Part shown: piece by piece, positions 34,770 through 49,166 of the stretch
Position numbering within the stretch: the stretch's first letter is position 1
Layout of the letters: each line of letters starts with the position of its first letter
Made by a program: the position numbers and the translations under genes
The notes under the pieces: model-generated
What the model saw: the letters and a program-made list of their open reading frames with translations, nothing else
Told to the model about the DNA's origin: nothing
Databases searched by the model: none
From: Zygnema circumcarinatum SAG 698-1b
Taxonomy: Eukaryota > Plantae > Zygnematophyceae
Assembly (NCBI GenBank): GCA_037447605.1
Contig: CM074805.1
Span: 2,327,361 to 2,391,360 of the forward strand
DNA: 64,000 nt
Direction of reading: 5' to 3'

Positions 34770-37700
34770 TCAAGATTTCCACTCTAGCCTTGTGGAAGCC
34801 ATAGACGCGTTGAGAGCTGATTTCTTTGCGCGCGCACTCTGGAGGTCGACCAAATCACCGAACAGAGTATTCATTGGGTCCTCGTTCCTCGCCAGCTGTT
34901 GGGGGGTCAGCGATTTATTAGCTGGCTGATGTTGCTGCTTAGCTAGTGCAGGCTTCTCCTGAGAGGTGGAACTCCCATTAGGGGTTACCGCGCCTACCCG
35001 TCCTGTCAGGTCAGCCCCGACACCGTCTTTGAATGACGATTGCATCTCACTGCTGCGAGGTGATAACAGCTTCTGTTGAGCGACGTATTCTTGTCGCTGA
35101 CTTGCTGCAGCAGGAGGGGGTGGCAGGGCGAGGGAACCGAGTTGAGGAGCAGTAGGGCTTCCATAAAGCATAGCCTGCTGTTGGGGACTGATAGGGCTCT
35201 GCCCAAGCCCGGGACCCTGCCCCCAAGGCATGGTGGGCTGCCCCTGCAGCTGCTGGGGGCTTCCATAGATGTACGCGCGCTGCTGCTCACTCATTGGTTG
35301 CTGGGCAGCCATGGCCCACGGAGCAACATAGTTGTTCTCCACAGGAAGTGGCACCTGTGGTTGCAGCTGCGGCTGGCCATATGTCGGCCCATAGTTGGAG
35401 AAGTGAGGAGGCTGCACTCCTGGATAAACAGACTGCGGCGAATCGGAGGACGGCTGCTGAGGGGGAGGTGGTAAGGCCGTGGCTTGGAATGTGGGAGCTT
35501 CATAGCTTCCCTCGTCAAAAGGGTTGTCAACCTGCTGCACAGCTGGAGGCTGCTGAATCTGAACTGGGGGGAGAGAGGGCTGAGGAGTCGGCACACTGCG
35601 GTGAGATATAGGCTGTCCAGGAGGGCCTGGGATAGGCCGAATAGAGGCACTGCTCAGCTCGTGTCCTGCTTGGCTTGAAGACACATCTTGTTGCTCTTGG
35701 ACTGTTGCAGGCTTTACTTGAGACGGATATTGTGGCTGCGTTGACAGCTGTACTGGTGGTGGCGGCGACACCTGCTGGGGGGGTGCGTCGTAAAAGGGAT
35801 TCGAACCAGAATTTTGAGATTGTTGAAGGACGCTTTGGTAAGACATCTGGCCACCATTGAACGACGTGGGAGGTGGCATCCGCTCCTGCGAATAGTTGGA
35901 AAACTGCTGCTGTTGCTGTTGCTGTTGAGATGGTGTAGGGGCCACTAGGGCACCTAAGCCACCACTGAGGAGGTCCTCAGATGTATATGAGGAAGACAAA
36001 GGAGATGGTCCAGGACCCGGCGGTCCTTGGGGTCGCACTGGAAGATTTGCTTGACGGCGGTTTCTGGCTGTGGACCTGCAATGCCCATAAAAACCATCAC
36101 GCAGCAGTCAGGAAAAAAAAAAAAAAAAAAAAAAGCAATACCAGCCAAAAAAAGGAACACAAAATCTAAAAAGCAGCAGCTATATGCTGGAAACGGACTG
36201 CAACTTTAGACGCTAAACAATTTTAGCAGAGGGAAGTGGACAGTAACCTATGTGCGAGCTGTCCAAAGTCGTCCTCATCCTCGAAGACGGACTCGTCAGG
36301 GTCGAAGCGTACAAGGTTTGCCGGAGGCGAAGCCAAGGAGCCCTCAAGCGGTGCCTGCCCGCCTGCTTCCAAGGTCTGATGGCGGACGAGCACCTTTTGC
36401 AAGTCATCGTTTAGTGCCAAGCCCAGCCTCAATAGCTCCTCATCCCTGCAGCACCACAGCCAAGAATGAAAAATAAATGACTCAGCGAAGACTTACATCC
36501 CACAACTGACCAAGATTGAAAAGGTCAGTGAGCTAAGAAACCACCTGTTAAGTCTCAAGTGACTGCGGATACTATGAGCAATTTTTTGGCCATAGGCACT
36601 CAAGGGATCACATCAAGCTTGCCTCTGTAAGAAGAAAGTAACAAATTTGAAATACATGCTTGTTTAAAGATATTCTAAAGAAGGGGCCAAGGAGCAGCAC
36701 AATAAGGCTGCTATATTCAGCACAAAGACAAAGAGTAGCTGTACTGCATAGTCTGTAAGCATATTCTACATTAAAGCCCAAGCAGCGTGTGACTACAGGG
36801 CATTTGAAATACAAACGAAGCCGCTCTTAACATCGTGTCGATAAAAGTGAAACTTGAACAAAAAGCGCCGCCTCCTAACTATACCCACTTAAGGCCAAAA
36901 AAAAACTAAACATCTGTCCAATTGATCAAGACAAAACCCGGCTCTACCAGCTTAAGGTGATCGAGGTAAGTCACTGCTTTGGAGCAGTGAGTTAACGCGC
37001 TTGCGTGCACCAAACCAAAATAAACCAAAACCCAAAACCTTGACTTGTAGAATTTGGACACGGATCATACTTTCCCGATTTCCTCCCTATCAGTGAAATC
37101 CCCGAGGTATCATCACTTGAAAATCGTACACAAAAGCTATGTACTAGGCACCAATACCTGCGCAGGCTAAATTGTGAAGATGAAAACTTCCAAACAGGCT
37201 TACCCTGTTGTATTGACAAGAGTCATGATGCGGCGCTGGTTGGTGTGGCATTGCTCCACAAGGTCGACAATGATATCATCCTTCAATGCCTGCGCACAAA
37301 AAATCAACCCCCAAATACTCCTGATCCTTAACACTGGCGCCAAACCACGAAACCATACATTGGTTCTTCAACTCATTAGTGTTCCACTTGCGTAAACAGT
37401 ACATGCAAATTCATAATAAACGCTATTATTCACTCTTCTCCAGCTATGACAGAATCATTCTTGGCCAATCTGCAGATCTGCATCTACGCACGTGCTATGG
37501 AACATGGGCTCTCTCACAGCACAAGATTAGTATCAGCAGTTATAAACACGTAAATCGTCAACAACACATGATAGAAAGGACAGGGGCATGTCACTAAGAC
37601 GGAGTAGTGGGCTCACACTGTCAACCCTCCCCTGAGGTTGACAAGCCAGCCGTTCCCTCCCCACATTCAGAATTTCCGCATCCTATAAAATTCACTGAAT

Positions 37701-40700
37701 CTCAAACCCTCAGACCCGACTGGGCCAGTATAAACAACCTCTGTACCTATCACACACTACGTCCTCCCGCGATAATGTGATAGAAAGCTATCTGTTACAC
37801 ATCCGATGCCGTGCTGCCATGGCAGCGCAGTGTGTGACAGAGGCATGACATCTCACTCAGCGTAGCCCCGAGCATGGCCTATCTGCATCTTCATGCAAGC
37901 CTTGTTTGCTCGGGGCAAAGCAGACCCATTTGACAGGAGAACTTTGGGACGATGCACAATTGACTGCGTGGTAGAACTTGTGCAATTTCTCATCCGCTAA
38001 TTTCTCGTCCGAAATTTTCTTTTGGTGATCCGTGCATTATGTAAATAGAAAACATGACGCGATCTGCTCGATGTCGTTTTTTTTTTATTGCCTAATACTT
38101 TCACTGAACTGAACTCCATCCAATGAATTAAATCAGGAATTGACTTTTTGAGTTCCAGATATAAGAGCTATATCCTCCACGAACTTTGACATAGGCTCAG
38201 TTATAGATGTACTGGCCTTCAACACACGCATTTCATTTGCTTGTCCTTTTCAATAGTGCTCACCTTAGAGTCGTGTATGTCCACAGCACTAAGCATATCG
38301 GCAAGCACCTCCATACTGCTTCGTGCATTCGCAATATCTCCTATCCTGCAAATCCATTCCAAGGTTCTTTAAGTTGAAGGACATGGTCCACATCACCCAT
38401 AGAAAAACAAAAGGTTCATCCTACAGACACAGAAGCCCTTTTCTCCTGCCTACACTTATGGTATCTAGTCACTGTTCCCTACTCGCCACAGGTTCACTGC
38501 AGAAATGACAGACCTCTTTCAGTTCCGCGTACTTGACTAAAGCTCTACCGACTCTTCCAACTCATTACCACATCCCAACAGCCTTAAAACACTCCTGTGA
38601 AAGCCACGCGAAGGAATGATATCCCTCCAATTCTCATCAGAGAGCCAACAAAAAGGAGTGACAAACAAACGCACAGCAGAATAAAGCGCAACGGTTCCAT
38701 GCTGCGTACCCCATGCTACCATCATTTACACCTTCCAAAGGTGGCGGAGCAGCAGTTGCAGGGCTGCCAGGTGAGCTGTATGATGGCACTGGCTGATGGG
38801 GTTCGGAAGGATGCATCGGCGGCGGGTTGAAGATGGAACTTCCATGACGACGAGGGGGGAACGACACCCCATGGCGCTGCAAAGGAAAAAGCCACCCAAC
38901 GGCCTAAGTTCAACTTTACACTGCATGCCGTCAGATCTGAACTGGCAGGACTCCTTGCTTTGTGAGCTGCTGGGAATGACACAACGTCAACCAGGTAGTG
39001 TCCTAAGCCACCCTCGTCATTTGCAACCTTCGACCTCCTACATCTCTTCTTTAGACAGCTTCAAGCGGTTATCCCTTAATTGCCATCGAAGCCCGCCGCA
39101 TTTTCTACCATCAGTGCATACAAACCCAGCTTGCTCTGACACACGTCGCAACTGAGCACGTCGCGCCTATCTCTCTTTAACGGCAAAAGCAGAACGTAAA
39201 CTACAACTCCTGTCTGTAAGCCAAGTTCTTTCCGGTTATAAAGCTAACTAGGCAGCTCACTGGGCCTTCATGGTCTAAACTGTTAAAGCCCAACTGCATA
39301 AGATTAATTCATAAATTGAGGGAGCTAAAGATTCAAAAGCAACTCCCTCTGAGACTTGCATCAACCATTTGACCTGTATCGACGAACCGTGAATTTGCTG
39401 CTTTTCACTCTATGACCTCCCTTTAGAGCGAAAATTTTAAAGGCCAATGCACCTACGCGAAGCTCATCGTAGGCTTGAAAATAGTGTGGATATCTCCCTG
39501 TTGGACCTCCGAATGCCTCCTGCCACATGTCCAGCAGCTCCAGAATTTGATCTCGGACCTGTAAGTTACTCTGCACGTACCACCGACAAGGACAAAAAAA
39601 TTGCCTTTAATCTCAGAGCTCTCAAATCCTCCCCTCTTCCGATTTGTGATGGACCTATAAACAGTTATGGTTGAAAGGAAGTCTCTTGTAAAACGAACTA
39701 CAGCCGAAAGGCTGCTTGAGGACAAGTTGCTCTATTTAAAGAGAAAGACACAGACTTCATTGAAATACTTGCGATGGCCTTTACTCTGCCATAATCTGCT
39801 ACGGCCTCTAAACTCTAAAGCCTGGCTCTTTAACCGAGGAAGTGGCTCTGAAGAAAGCACTACAGTGAGTCATTCTGGCATAAATCTCTAAGCCCAGTGG
39901 TCCGTTGGTACGTCAACGATAAAAAAATGACGCTTGAAAGCATTCTCAGTCAGTCCTCGAAACACGCCGAATTTGTCAAAAGAGTGCGTTGAGGTCGGAC
40001 AGACACCTTGCCCTCCAGTGAGGACAGGTGCATTGTGGCACTGTGCACAATAGTCGCTTGCATGGAGAGCAAGCACAAGTTATGTCATGGACGAATGGCT
40101 GTTGAGGGGCATGGTCAGTGCCATTGAGTCTACTAGGTTATCATCGGTTGCATAGCATAGCTTGAGAAAAAGCATGCTCGCATAGGCGCTTGCAATATAG
40201 CAATTGAAGAGGCGTAGTCCTGCAGCGACAGCGCAAGAACTATAGACACATAAACCTGACAAGTTGTCTTGCTGACAAAAGGAGTGTCCCGGAATAGGTC
40301 CACGGACCTTTTCTTAAAAAGAGAACGAAAAACAATCATAACCGGTTTCTCAGGGGAGAAAAAACTACGCCTGTCACCTTTCTTCATAAGTACTTGTCCT
40401 TCAAGTGAGGACATCGTTCCTAAGAGCCAAGGGACACAAGGGCCAAAAGTAAAGGAAAAAAAAGCATGCCCGCCAATAACCTGCTGTCAAAGCCAGATCC
40501 TTGACCTCCCTTCACCAAATGCAGCTACATATATAAAGAAGATATAGAGGCGAGGTGGAGTTGAAGAAAAACACTTTGGTAAAACAAGTTGCCTTAACCC
40601 ATGCTACAAAATCGCCTTGAATATAAATTGCTCTCACAGAAAGAAGTAGTTTTCTTTCAAAGCCGAGTAAAAGAATGGTTTAAAAATTGTATCAGGTTAA

Positions 40701-41528
40701 GAAAATCAAACGAGGACAATGCCATGTGCGAGTACGCACAAAAGACCCTACGCAAGATGAAGTTAAAATGTGAAGGAGTTGTCCTGGCTCAAGCAGTAGC
40801 TTTTACTACCTCAAGGATAGGAAGACGGAGACGAGGTTCTGGCGCGGCCTGAGAACTACAGTACACACGCCAATAACACCGAAATTACCTTTTTCTTTAC
40901 TATCTTCACCATCTCATGCAAAACGTCCTTTTCAGCAACTTGTACATGTACGTACTCCCCGCAATTCTTCAGCATTGTTTCCAAAAGCTGCAGCAGCTCC
41001 CCCAGAACAAGGTCAAATTTAGTGCTTTTGCAAAAGTATGTTCTACGGGGAGCAAGAGATGCTTCCACGAAAAAGTTCTTTCCCTACCGTACTCTTAAAG
41101 AAAGGTACATCAGAAAACTGTTATGAAGTGCACACGCAATCTACTCACCGTAAGTGCGAGCATTTGCACTCTGGCATCCTTGTTCTGCAGCCGCTTTTTG
41201 ATGACTTTCATCACATCACGAGCTTGACTGCAAGACTCGAGAAACAAAAAAACGGAAAAAAATTCAACGCAATAGCTGATTTACAGAATGCTGCAGGCAG
41301 TCAACCAGGCTAAGTGCATCCAGCAATTGCCATCAACCTTACCATGTCTGCAACAATTTTTCACCAGCTTCACCTGAGCAGACAACTGGCATACCTGGGG
41401 TCTGTGTTGAGGCCATCGACAATATCCATATTGCTGCTCCAGTCAGGCTGCATGAGCAGCCCACTCGTCGCCTTCTCCACCTGATGCCCCATCGGCGAGA
41501 GGCTTCCACCAGAGAATAGTTTCGCCAT
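34770..41528 (-). CDS. TOL: TOM1-like (VHS + GAT domain) ESCRT-0-like cargo adaptor with long Gln/Pro-rich tail
   Basis: VEKATSGLLMQPDWSSNMDIVD, KVIKKRLQNKDARVQMLALT, LLETMLKNCGEYVHVQVAEKDVLHEMVKIVKKK, VRDQILELLDMWQEAFGG (VHS); VLADMLSAV, DDIIVDLVEQCH, DEELLRLGLALNDDLQKVLVRH (GAT). Confidence 0.93.
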
Positions 41529-42617
41529 GGCTGAGCCTCTACAGCGCCTAATCACCTGGCACACTGCCCTGTCGCCTTGCCAGACACCTCGTTCTCTCCC
41601 GACCCCCCTCCCCCTTCCCCTTCCCCTTCCCCTTCCCCCTTCCCCCTTCCCCCTTCCCCCTCTCCCTCTCCCCCTCCCACTCGCTTCTCTTTCCCTCCCC
41701 CTCGCCCTCGCCCTCAGCGTGAGGTCGATATCCCACGTGGGGGCCCTGGCTGGCTGACGTCAGGACAGGCGCCGCGTGGCAGCAGCAGCGGCTTCTGCGA
41801 AACGGTTGCCCGGAGAGGTTGGTTGGTTGGCTGACTGGTTGGTTGGTCCGTTGGTTGGCTGGTTGGTTGCCGCCAGCTTCTTCACCTTTTGATGACGTGG
41901 CGCACCTCGAATGACGCCATCTATCCCAACGCGGACGGCTGAAGTTCAGCACTCGGCGAACTTCGTTCGCAGGTTTGCAACCTCCGCCTCAGTTTGCAAC
42001 TAGCTCCCTCTGCGCTTCCTTCGACCGACCGGCCGCAGCATGCGGTCGCACCCCTCCCTTCCGCCCTACCTCTCGTTCACGTCCGACTTTCGTTTCCAGT
42101 TTCTCTTAAGTTGCAAACCAGCGCGATTCGGTTTCTTAGAAAAAAGCAGGGAGCCCGTTCGCACGAGCGTCCGACTGTTGAACTTCGCGCGACGTCGCTC
42201 GCCTGCTGCCGGGAACGTGCGATGACCGTACTATAGCCGTACAAAGCCGTACTGTATACGGACGCAGTGCTACAGTACGCGGAATGCGTGCCCGTACCGT
42301 GATGGGGTGTCGCCTTACTGGGTAATGCCGTTGACCGCTGACTGCATGAGCAGTTAGCACAGTTCAGTCGTGCCGCACATAGCAACACGCTTCCTGTCAC
42401 AGTTCGGCAGCCCTTGAACGGCGCACGGCACAGCGAGCATAGAGCGCGACGTGACTGGCGCAAGCAAGCAAGCAGAGGGAAATTTGAAACCCGCGGGTGG
42501 CGGTTGGCGCGGGGGAGGGGGGGCCTGTCTGGCTGCGTACCTGGGGGAGCTGGGCTGGGCCGGGCTGGGCTGTGCAGGCGCGAGGGAGGGAGGGGCGGAG
42601 CGTCTGGAAGGAAGCGC

Positions 42618-45600
42618 ATGGAGGCCTGCCTGCTCTCCAGCGTCAGGCGCTACCTCGACCTATTCTGCTACGCAAATGCCATCTTCCTCGCTGAGCGTCT
42701 CTATGCGGGCTTTCCCTCCGAGGCATGGAATCAACTTCCTGCAAGCACTATCAAAACCCCCTGTTGCACGAGTCGGGTGTTGCAGGTCTGGCGTGCTGTG
42801 CTGGATCTCAACTGTGCAGGGGTGGCGTGGAGGGGTGCTGGTCGCAGGCAAATCGCCTGTTGCTCTCTCAGTGTTACTTTAGAGCAGATCAGCCTCAGCG
42901 AGCGTATCATCTCCTGAAAGGCATGTCAAAGCCTCGATCACATAGCTTTGCTCTTTGCTGCACACCAGTCGTGATAGTGTGAAGAACCAGTCGCAGCAAA
43001 ATTTACTTGAGTCGTTCTCAGAGGGAAAAGGGGGGTGATGGTAATCAGGTAGCAAGTCCGCTCAGTGCCGCTACCTGTTGGCCCTTGTCTGCTTGCAATT
43101 GCACTTGTTGCCGGAAGCCGAGGCAGCATTAACGCCACGATCTTCCGAACGACAGAACTCGGTTCGCTCCGCCTTGATTCTTTAAAGAGCCACTAGTTTG
43201 CACCTTCAGTGTTCATTTGAACGTGTGGGACGACGTTAGTTTCTGTAACATGATCTAGATTAAATTGATGCCATTTTCTCACTCATCGCTTCCAAATCTC
43301 AACCTATAGGTCGAACGTAGTGAAATTCATGTGCAATGAGCTCGGTCAATTCCTCCTTCACTCCTGCATAGAGCGCGAGGCGTGCAACTAGCCAACATTA
43401 AATGATGTTCAAGGCCTGTAATGCTTTCAAAGAGGCTTAGTTGTAGGGTGGCTGGTTCAAAGCCTTCATTGCTACTTGACTTTTTTTACATCGAGAATGT
43501 AATCCACAGGTCCCAAATGGAGGCGCTGGCCTCTACCTCCTGGGCGTCATCTGCAGGTGAGCATTTGATCACCCGGACAGGAAGTAGGGCCTGAAGACAA
43601 TGCTATTGTGAAGATTTTTGTTGACAGTTGAATTCCTGGGGAAATTTTGTGCAGACGGACAGATAGACGGCAGGCAGCTATTCAGCACTTGAGTGAAGCA
43701 TTAGCTCTTGACCCCTTCCTATGGTGCGCATACGAGGAACTCTGTCAACTTGGTGGGTGGGGACTCCTTACCACAATCTTTCTCCCTATTTTTCCCACAC
43801 CCGCAGGTTCTTCTTTACCTTTTAGCCTGCAGTTTGTTTGCTTCCAAGAAGACTTCGGTCACATAAATGTTTTGGCTGCTTGAATAGCAGGAGCTGAAGA
43901 GGAAGCTGCTCGTGCATATGGAGATGCCGCCAATGCAGCTGCCGCACAGCTTGCTCAGCAAGCTGCAACAACGGCAGTCGGTGGCGGAGCCTCTGCTCGC
44001 CAGCATTTTCAAGAGGAGGAGTTCTTCCGGTCTGGAAGTCCGCAGCACATGCACACACCGCTTGGAATTCAACTTGGATCAGGCCTTTCTGGCTCTGTTG
44101 CATCATTACCCTCTACACCCCAATCGGCCTTTTCAACTCCGCCCCCCATTTCTGCACCGGTGGGTTAATTTGCTGGTGAAGCAGTTGGAAGGAGCAGGGG
44201 TAGCATTGCAGGCACGCACTTAAATAGCCGCGGAGCGGCAGTTGGAAGAGCAAAGCAAACTGCTAACGTCACGAGGGCTCCAATTGCGTTGATGCCTAAA
44301 TCAGGTTTTACCAATGGCGCCAGCTCCTTTAGGGAAGGCTGTTCAGCAGCAACTGCAGGCAGTGCCTATCGACAGCCTTGGGTCTATGCTGGAGGGCTCT
44401 CCTCGCCTGAGGACTGGAAGTGCCCAAGGGGCAGGAGGAAGACGAAAGTTCGTTGACGAGGGGAAACTTCGTAAGGTGTGTTCTCATGTGCAAGGCTATC
44501 TTTTACTGGTAGAAGGAAATTCAGTGAGAGGAGAATTTGTGCACACTTGAACCAGTGTTGAGCAGGAGTGAAGTTACGAGTACTCATCCTAGCATACCTG
44601 TAGAAAGGCAGATGACGGACACTTAGCTGACCTTGAAACGTGTGTGAGTGCTTAGGGAATTCATATTAGATTATCTTGCAGACATCGGCACGTGTGGAAG
44701 CATGATATTGCAGTGATATGTTCAGTTGTTTTACTTTGATCTGCTAGCCTTGAGGCAAAGGCGCAGTTTGGTAGACAAAGGAGAACTAAAGCTCCCAGGA
44801 AAGGCGAGGAACAGAGTAAGGCAATTTTTTATCCAAAGGAGGGTTTGGTACACTAAGAAATTGGGCATCCAGTTTATCTGGAGGCATGGCATAAGGCTTG
44901 GTCAGGCATTTTTTTGGCGAAAGAGCGAGTTAGGCTAGAGCATGGCGCTCCAGCAGCAGCTTCAGTAGTGTGAATATTGCGTATACAGGCATGCAGGAAG
45001 GTAGTTTGTGGCTGTATAGATATAGCATACGGTGAACTGGCGCCAGGAGGGCTGAAGTAGAGGCTATTTTGAACAGGATAGCAGGCGAAGTTCTTGTGCA
45101 ACTTTTGTTAATGGAAAGGGCAGGAGCCAGCAAATTTGAAGTATTTTGGATGGTGTGCAGGTTGCTGGGAGGCTCTTTGCTGAACCTGCAGCACTTAGAA
45201 GGAGCACACGGTTGGCCGAAGGCAGCACCCGCTTGGCTGGTGGTGCAAGGAGTGGTAGTGTTGGTGCTGGCCTCGCTACAGGAGGTGAACGCGGTTCAAG
45301 TGCGACTGTGAGTGAGCGGCCGCGGCATCAAGGGCGGAGGGCAGGTGACTTGACCCCTGATGAAAGTGGTGAGTTCCGGAGTCTTGCTTTTTGTATACAA
45401 AAAACTGCAGGAGCTGGCGTTGTTTAAGAATCCGTGAAACCTTGGGCAGGAAACTCCTTTTAAATTGGCTGGAATGGAGTTGGTGTACTGCAGGACGACG
45501 AGTGGAGCTCACACAGGGCCCTACAACTGAAGGGGAGGGTATCAGCAGCAGTAGCAGCAGTAGCAGGGGAGGACAGGGAGCAGTGCGGATGACCGCCCAT

Positions 45601-48449
45601 GTCAATCGTGCGAGCGCAAGTGGTTTGATTGGGCGTGAAGCGTCTGCAGCTGAGGCACCTGTCACGGACGCTCGAATCCAGGCACAAAACGTTGGGGCTG
45701 GGTTTGGAGGGAGAGACAGTGGCAATGCCACTATTGCAGCAGTGGAAGGCATGCAGGATCTTATGGCCCTTCTTCGTGTCCTTGGCCATGCCTTAAGATT
45801 GCAGTGCATGCTGCGGTGCCAGGTGCTCTTTTGCCTCCTCGTTTTGAACATAATCTGGAGCAACTTTTTTCCGAACTGAATTTCAGTCAGCCTGACATGT
45901 CAAGGGCCTAGCCTTTTTGGGTTGTGCAGATAGTGTTACCGTTTCTTTGCTGCCGTCAATACCTCCATAATCGGAAGCTGGACCAATCAAGATTCTGATT
46001 CTGAGCAATTTTTCTGTCACAGGAAGCTCTCGAGGTGCTACAACAGCTACCTGCCCAGCAGTACGCCACCGCCTGGGTCCTGTGCCTGGTTGGTCCTCTG
46101 CCTCCTTTGAAACTCATGTGTTGCCCTGATCTGCAGACATTTTTTGAACTGCTTGGGAATGGTGGGGACTGTCAGGTGGGACGAGCACATTATGAAATGG
46201 TGGAGTATGCGCAGTCAGAACGCGCGTTCAGCTGGGCCCGCAGAGTAGCACCTCACAGCACACAAGGGCTTGCCATTTACTCCACTGTGCTCTATGTACG
46301 TGTTCATGTTTCTTACTGCTACTCAGCCAATGGTGTTGTAGGGGGTTTGGGATGGTTCCAATTTCAGTTGAGTGAAGTCAAACGCGATAGGTGCAATTTC
46401 AGTGAGTCCACATGAAGCCTTTGCAGTCAAATGCAAGAGGCATTCTGTTGATTTGACATTTCGAAATAAATCCTTCTCTGGGCCATCCATTTCTGGAGTA
46501 ATTTTGCTCGGAGAAGTAATGCGACGTCATATATTGTTGATACGCCACATGTTGTCTTTTCCTCCCTTACGTAAAATTACCTATTTACTTAGCAATAACT
46601 TTGCAGGCATTGCAGCCCCACCATTACAAAGTGCATGTCAAACAGTCAGAAAAGCTGCGGGAAGAGTAGAAGTCATCTTGGGGTTGTCAAAGCTGCATGC
46701 TGTTTTTCGGCATCATTGGGATGGGAATGGGAATGGTGTGCAGCACATGAAGAAGGAGGCAGAGCTAAGTTATCTTGCACAAGAAGCACTGGCTCTCGAT
46801 CGCCTTTCACCTGAAGCCTGGTACATTACGTGTTCTGTCACCCATGGCAAGCCTGGATGCTGGTAGTTTCGCGACTGCCAATTTCCCGATCTCCATCCTT
46901 ATTCCTCGGTTATGCTGCAGGTGCGTGATGGGAAACTGCACGAGTGCTCAAGGGGAGCATGAAGCAGCTCTCCGCTTCTTTCAACGTGCGCTACACCTTG
47001 ACTCGAACTACGCCTATGCGCACACCCTGTGCGGCCATGAGTAAGTACTGTTTATTGTGATCCCTGGTTCTTGAGCCACCCCTGCTGACGTTTTCGTACT
47101 TGAAAAGGGTGTGAGCTGCAAGGAGCGTATTTACTGAAGATTTAGAAAATTGCACTGCAGGCACGTGGCCATGGAACAGTTTGAAGAGGGAGTTGCTTGT
47201 TATCGTGCAGCACTGCGCTTGGATAATCGGCACTACAATGCTTGGTAAGTACGGATGTTTGCTGGTGTTGAGAGACAATGCTTCACATAGTGAATTGCTA
47301 AATTGCATGTTTAACTCTGGGAGATTGTTGCGAACGATGGGAAGTGGACTGCATTGATAAAAAAAACTTTCTTTCAATTGGAGCACCTTTAGGATTTGCG
47401 TCCTTGTGTTTCTTTTGATCGTATCAGACAATTAACGGCCATTCTTGCACGGAAGTGAGTGCTGAAAACCTTTTGCTGCTGCTCATGAAATAAAAAAAAA
47501 GTTAGGAATTTGGAAGGTGCTCTTTCGTTGGCTTATCTCTTCACACCGTTATCGCTGCTACAGGTATGGTCTTGGCAGCATCTACCTTCGCCAGGAGAAG
47601 CCCGAACTAGCAGAGTACCACTTTCGACGTGCCCTGCAGATTCATCAACGCTCCTCAGTGCTCCGCTGTTATCTCGGTGTTGCGTTGCATGCTATCAAGG
47701 TGACTGACAGGCTCAATTGGCCCACCACTCATTTGGCATCTGCCTGAGTGGGGATAACCTTTAGAGTTCCAACTTGTTAAATTTGAGGCGTGGAGCTCCA
47801 TAGCGCCAATGGAAATGAAATAAGTAGGGAGTTTTTCTTCCAGGTGAAGTGTACGGTGAGGCATGCTGTCTGACTGCCTGTATCAACTGGGAAGGGCACG
47901 TGCAGCGAAATTCAGAGGCGTTAGAACAACTTCAATTAGCAGCTGAAGGCGACCCACGGAATCCCTTGCCCTTGTACCAGCGCAGTGCAGTGCTGCTGGC
48001 GGAAGGGCGGCTGCAGGAGGCATTGGAAGGGGCAAAGGAGCTCTGTCAGCTGGCGTCACGAGAAGCATCTGCATTTTTCCTTCTTGGGCGGGTGAATAGC
48101 TCTTGCCGCACTCCATTGTGTTGAACCAATCGCTGCCCTGCCAATGCTTAATCAGAATGAGGCCTGGGGTCTGCAGATTTATGCCAAAATGGACGAGCCG
48201 GGGCTGTCCTTGCTGCAGCTTAGCGTGGCGCTTGATCTCAAACCGCCATCCTCAGAGGCCACCAGCATTAAGGTGCCCCTCCCGGGGCCTGCCCCTTGCT
48301 CTCAACACTGCGACTTCCGCGCTTCTGCATGGGTCAGGGTTGCCGAACTGACATCCATCTGGAGGATGGGGGGGATGGGGCAGGCTATGTTAGAGAAGCT
48401 TCCGATGCTTGGTCCAGAAGTGCAGGTCGAGGCAGAGACGGAACAGTGA
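42618..48449 (+). CDS. CDC27: Anaphase-promoting complex subunit CDC27/APC3 (TPR protein, multi-exon)
   Basis: NAIFLAERLYAGFPSE, AYHLLKG, VPNG-GAGLYLLG, DPFLWCAYEELC, LGLYSTVLY-like GLAIYSTVLY, DRLSPEAWCVMGNC, YAYAHTLCGHE, RHYNAWYGLG, REASAFFLLGR. Confidence 0.95.
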
Positions 48450-48960
48450 CAAAGGTCGCTGCCATTAGCTAGGGCACGCAATTTTTGTGGCGGGTTTACC
48501 TCCATTTCATGTTCATCCTGCTAGAAAGAATCCAATAAAGCGTGGCAAGCAAACGCTATTGCTGATGGATCTCGTTCTTTTCTTTTATCAATTGCATCTG
48601 CATGTACTGGTGGGGCCCTTTTGGTGATGTATGCCCTTCTTTTTTACAACGTCGCCTGGACCCACAGCAGCCGACTTACTGTAGAGAGTCTTGGGAGAAA
48701 GAGAGCTTTCTGTCCGACCTGTGAAGCGCTTTCCGCTAAGAAAGGCGAAAGGGGAGCCAGCCGACCAAAACACCAAATAAGACCGTTTCTATGCACATGT
48801 GAAACGGAGTCACAGTTTGTTTGAGTAATTACAGCCACGTGTGACCGTGCGACGGTAACTAGAACTGCGGACGCTCTGATTCGCACATGGAACGGCAAAG
48901 GTTAAACCCCCCTCAGCCCTGGACCTAGGGGTGGCGCGCCATGCCGTGGCCTCGCTCGAC

Positions 48961-48964
48961 GTGA

Positions 48965-48995
<31 letters not shown>

Positions 48996-49030
48996 GGCGA
49001 GAAGGAGAGGGAGAGGGAGGGAGGGAGAGG
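48961..49030. repeat. (GA)n microsatellite / purine tract in the 5' region of the snRNP gene
   Basis: Seen directly. Confidence 0.85.
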
Positions 49031-49166
49031 GTGGGGGTCGCTGCACGTGAGCGCATTCGCATTCGAGTGAAGGAGCCTGCCATGCTCGCCACAGCGGCGG
49101 CGGGAAAGCCTTGAGCGGAATGACGCCTGAAGAATAAGTGTCGACGGGAGAGCAGCGAGAGGCAAG

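Noticed and set aside
35796-35807. GGGATTCGAACC, the reverse complement of a tRNA T-loop
   Set aside because: It lies inside the TOL coding exon (encodes SGSNP) and has no cloverleaf around it.
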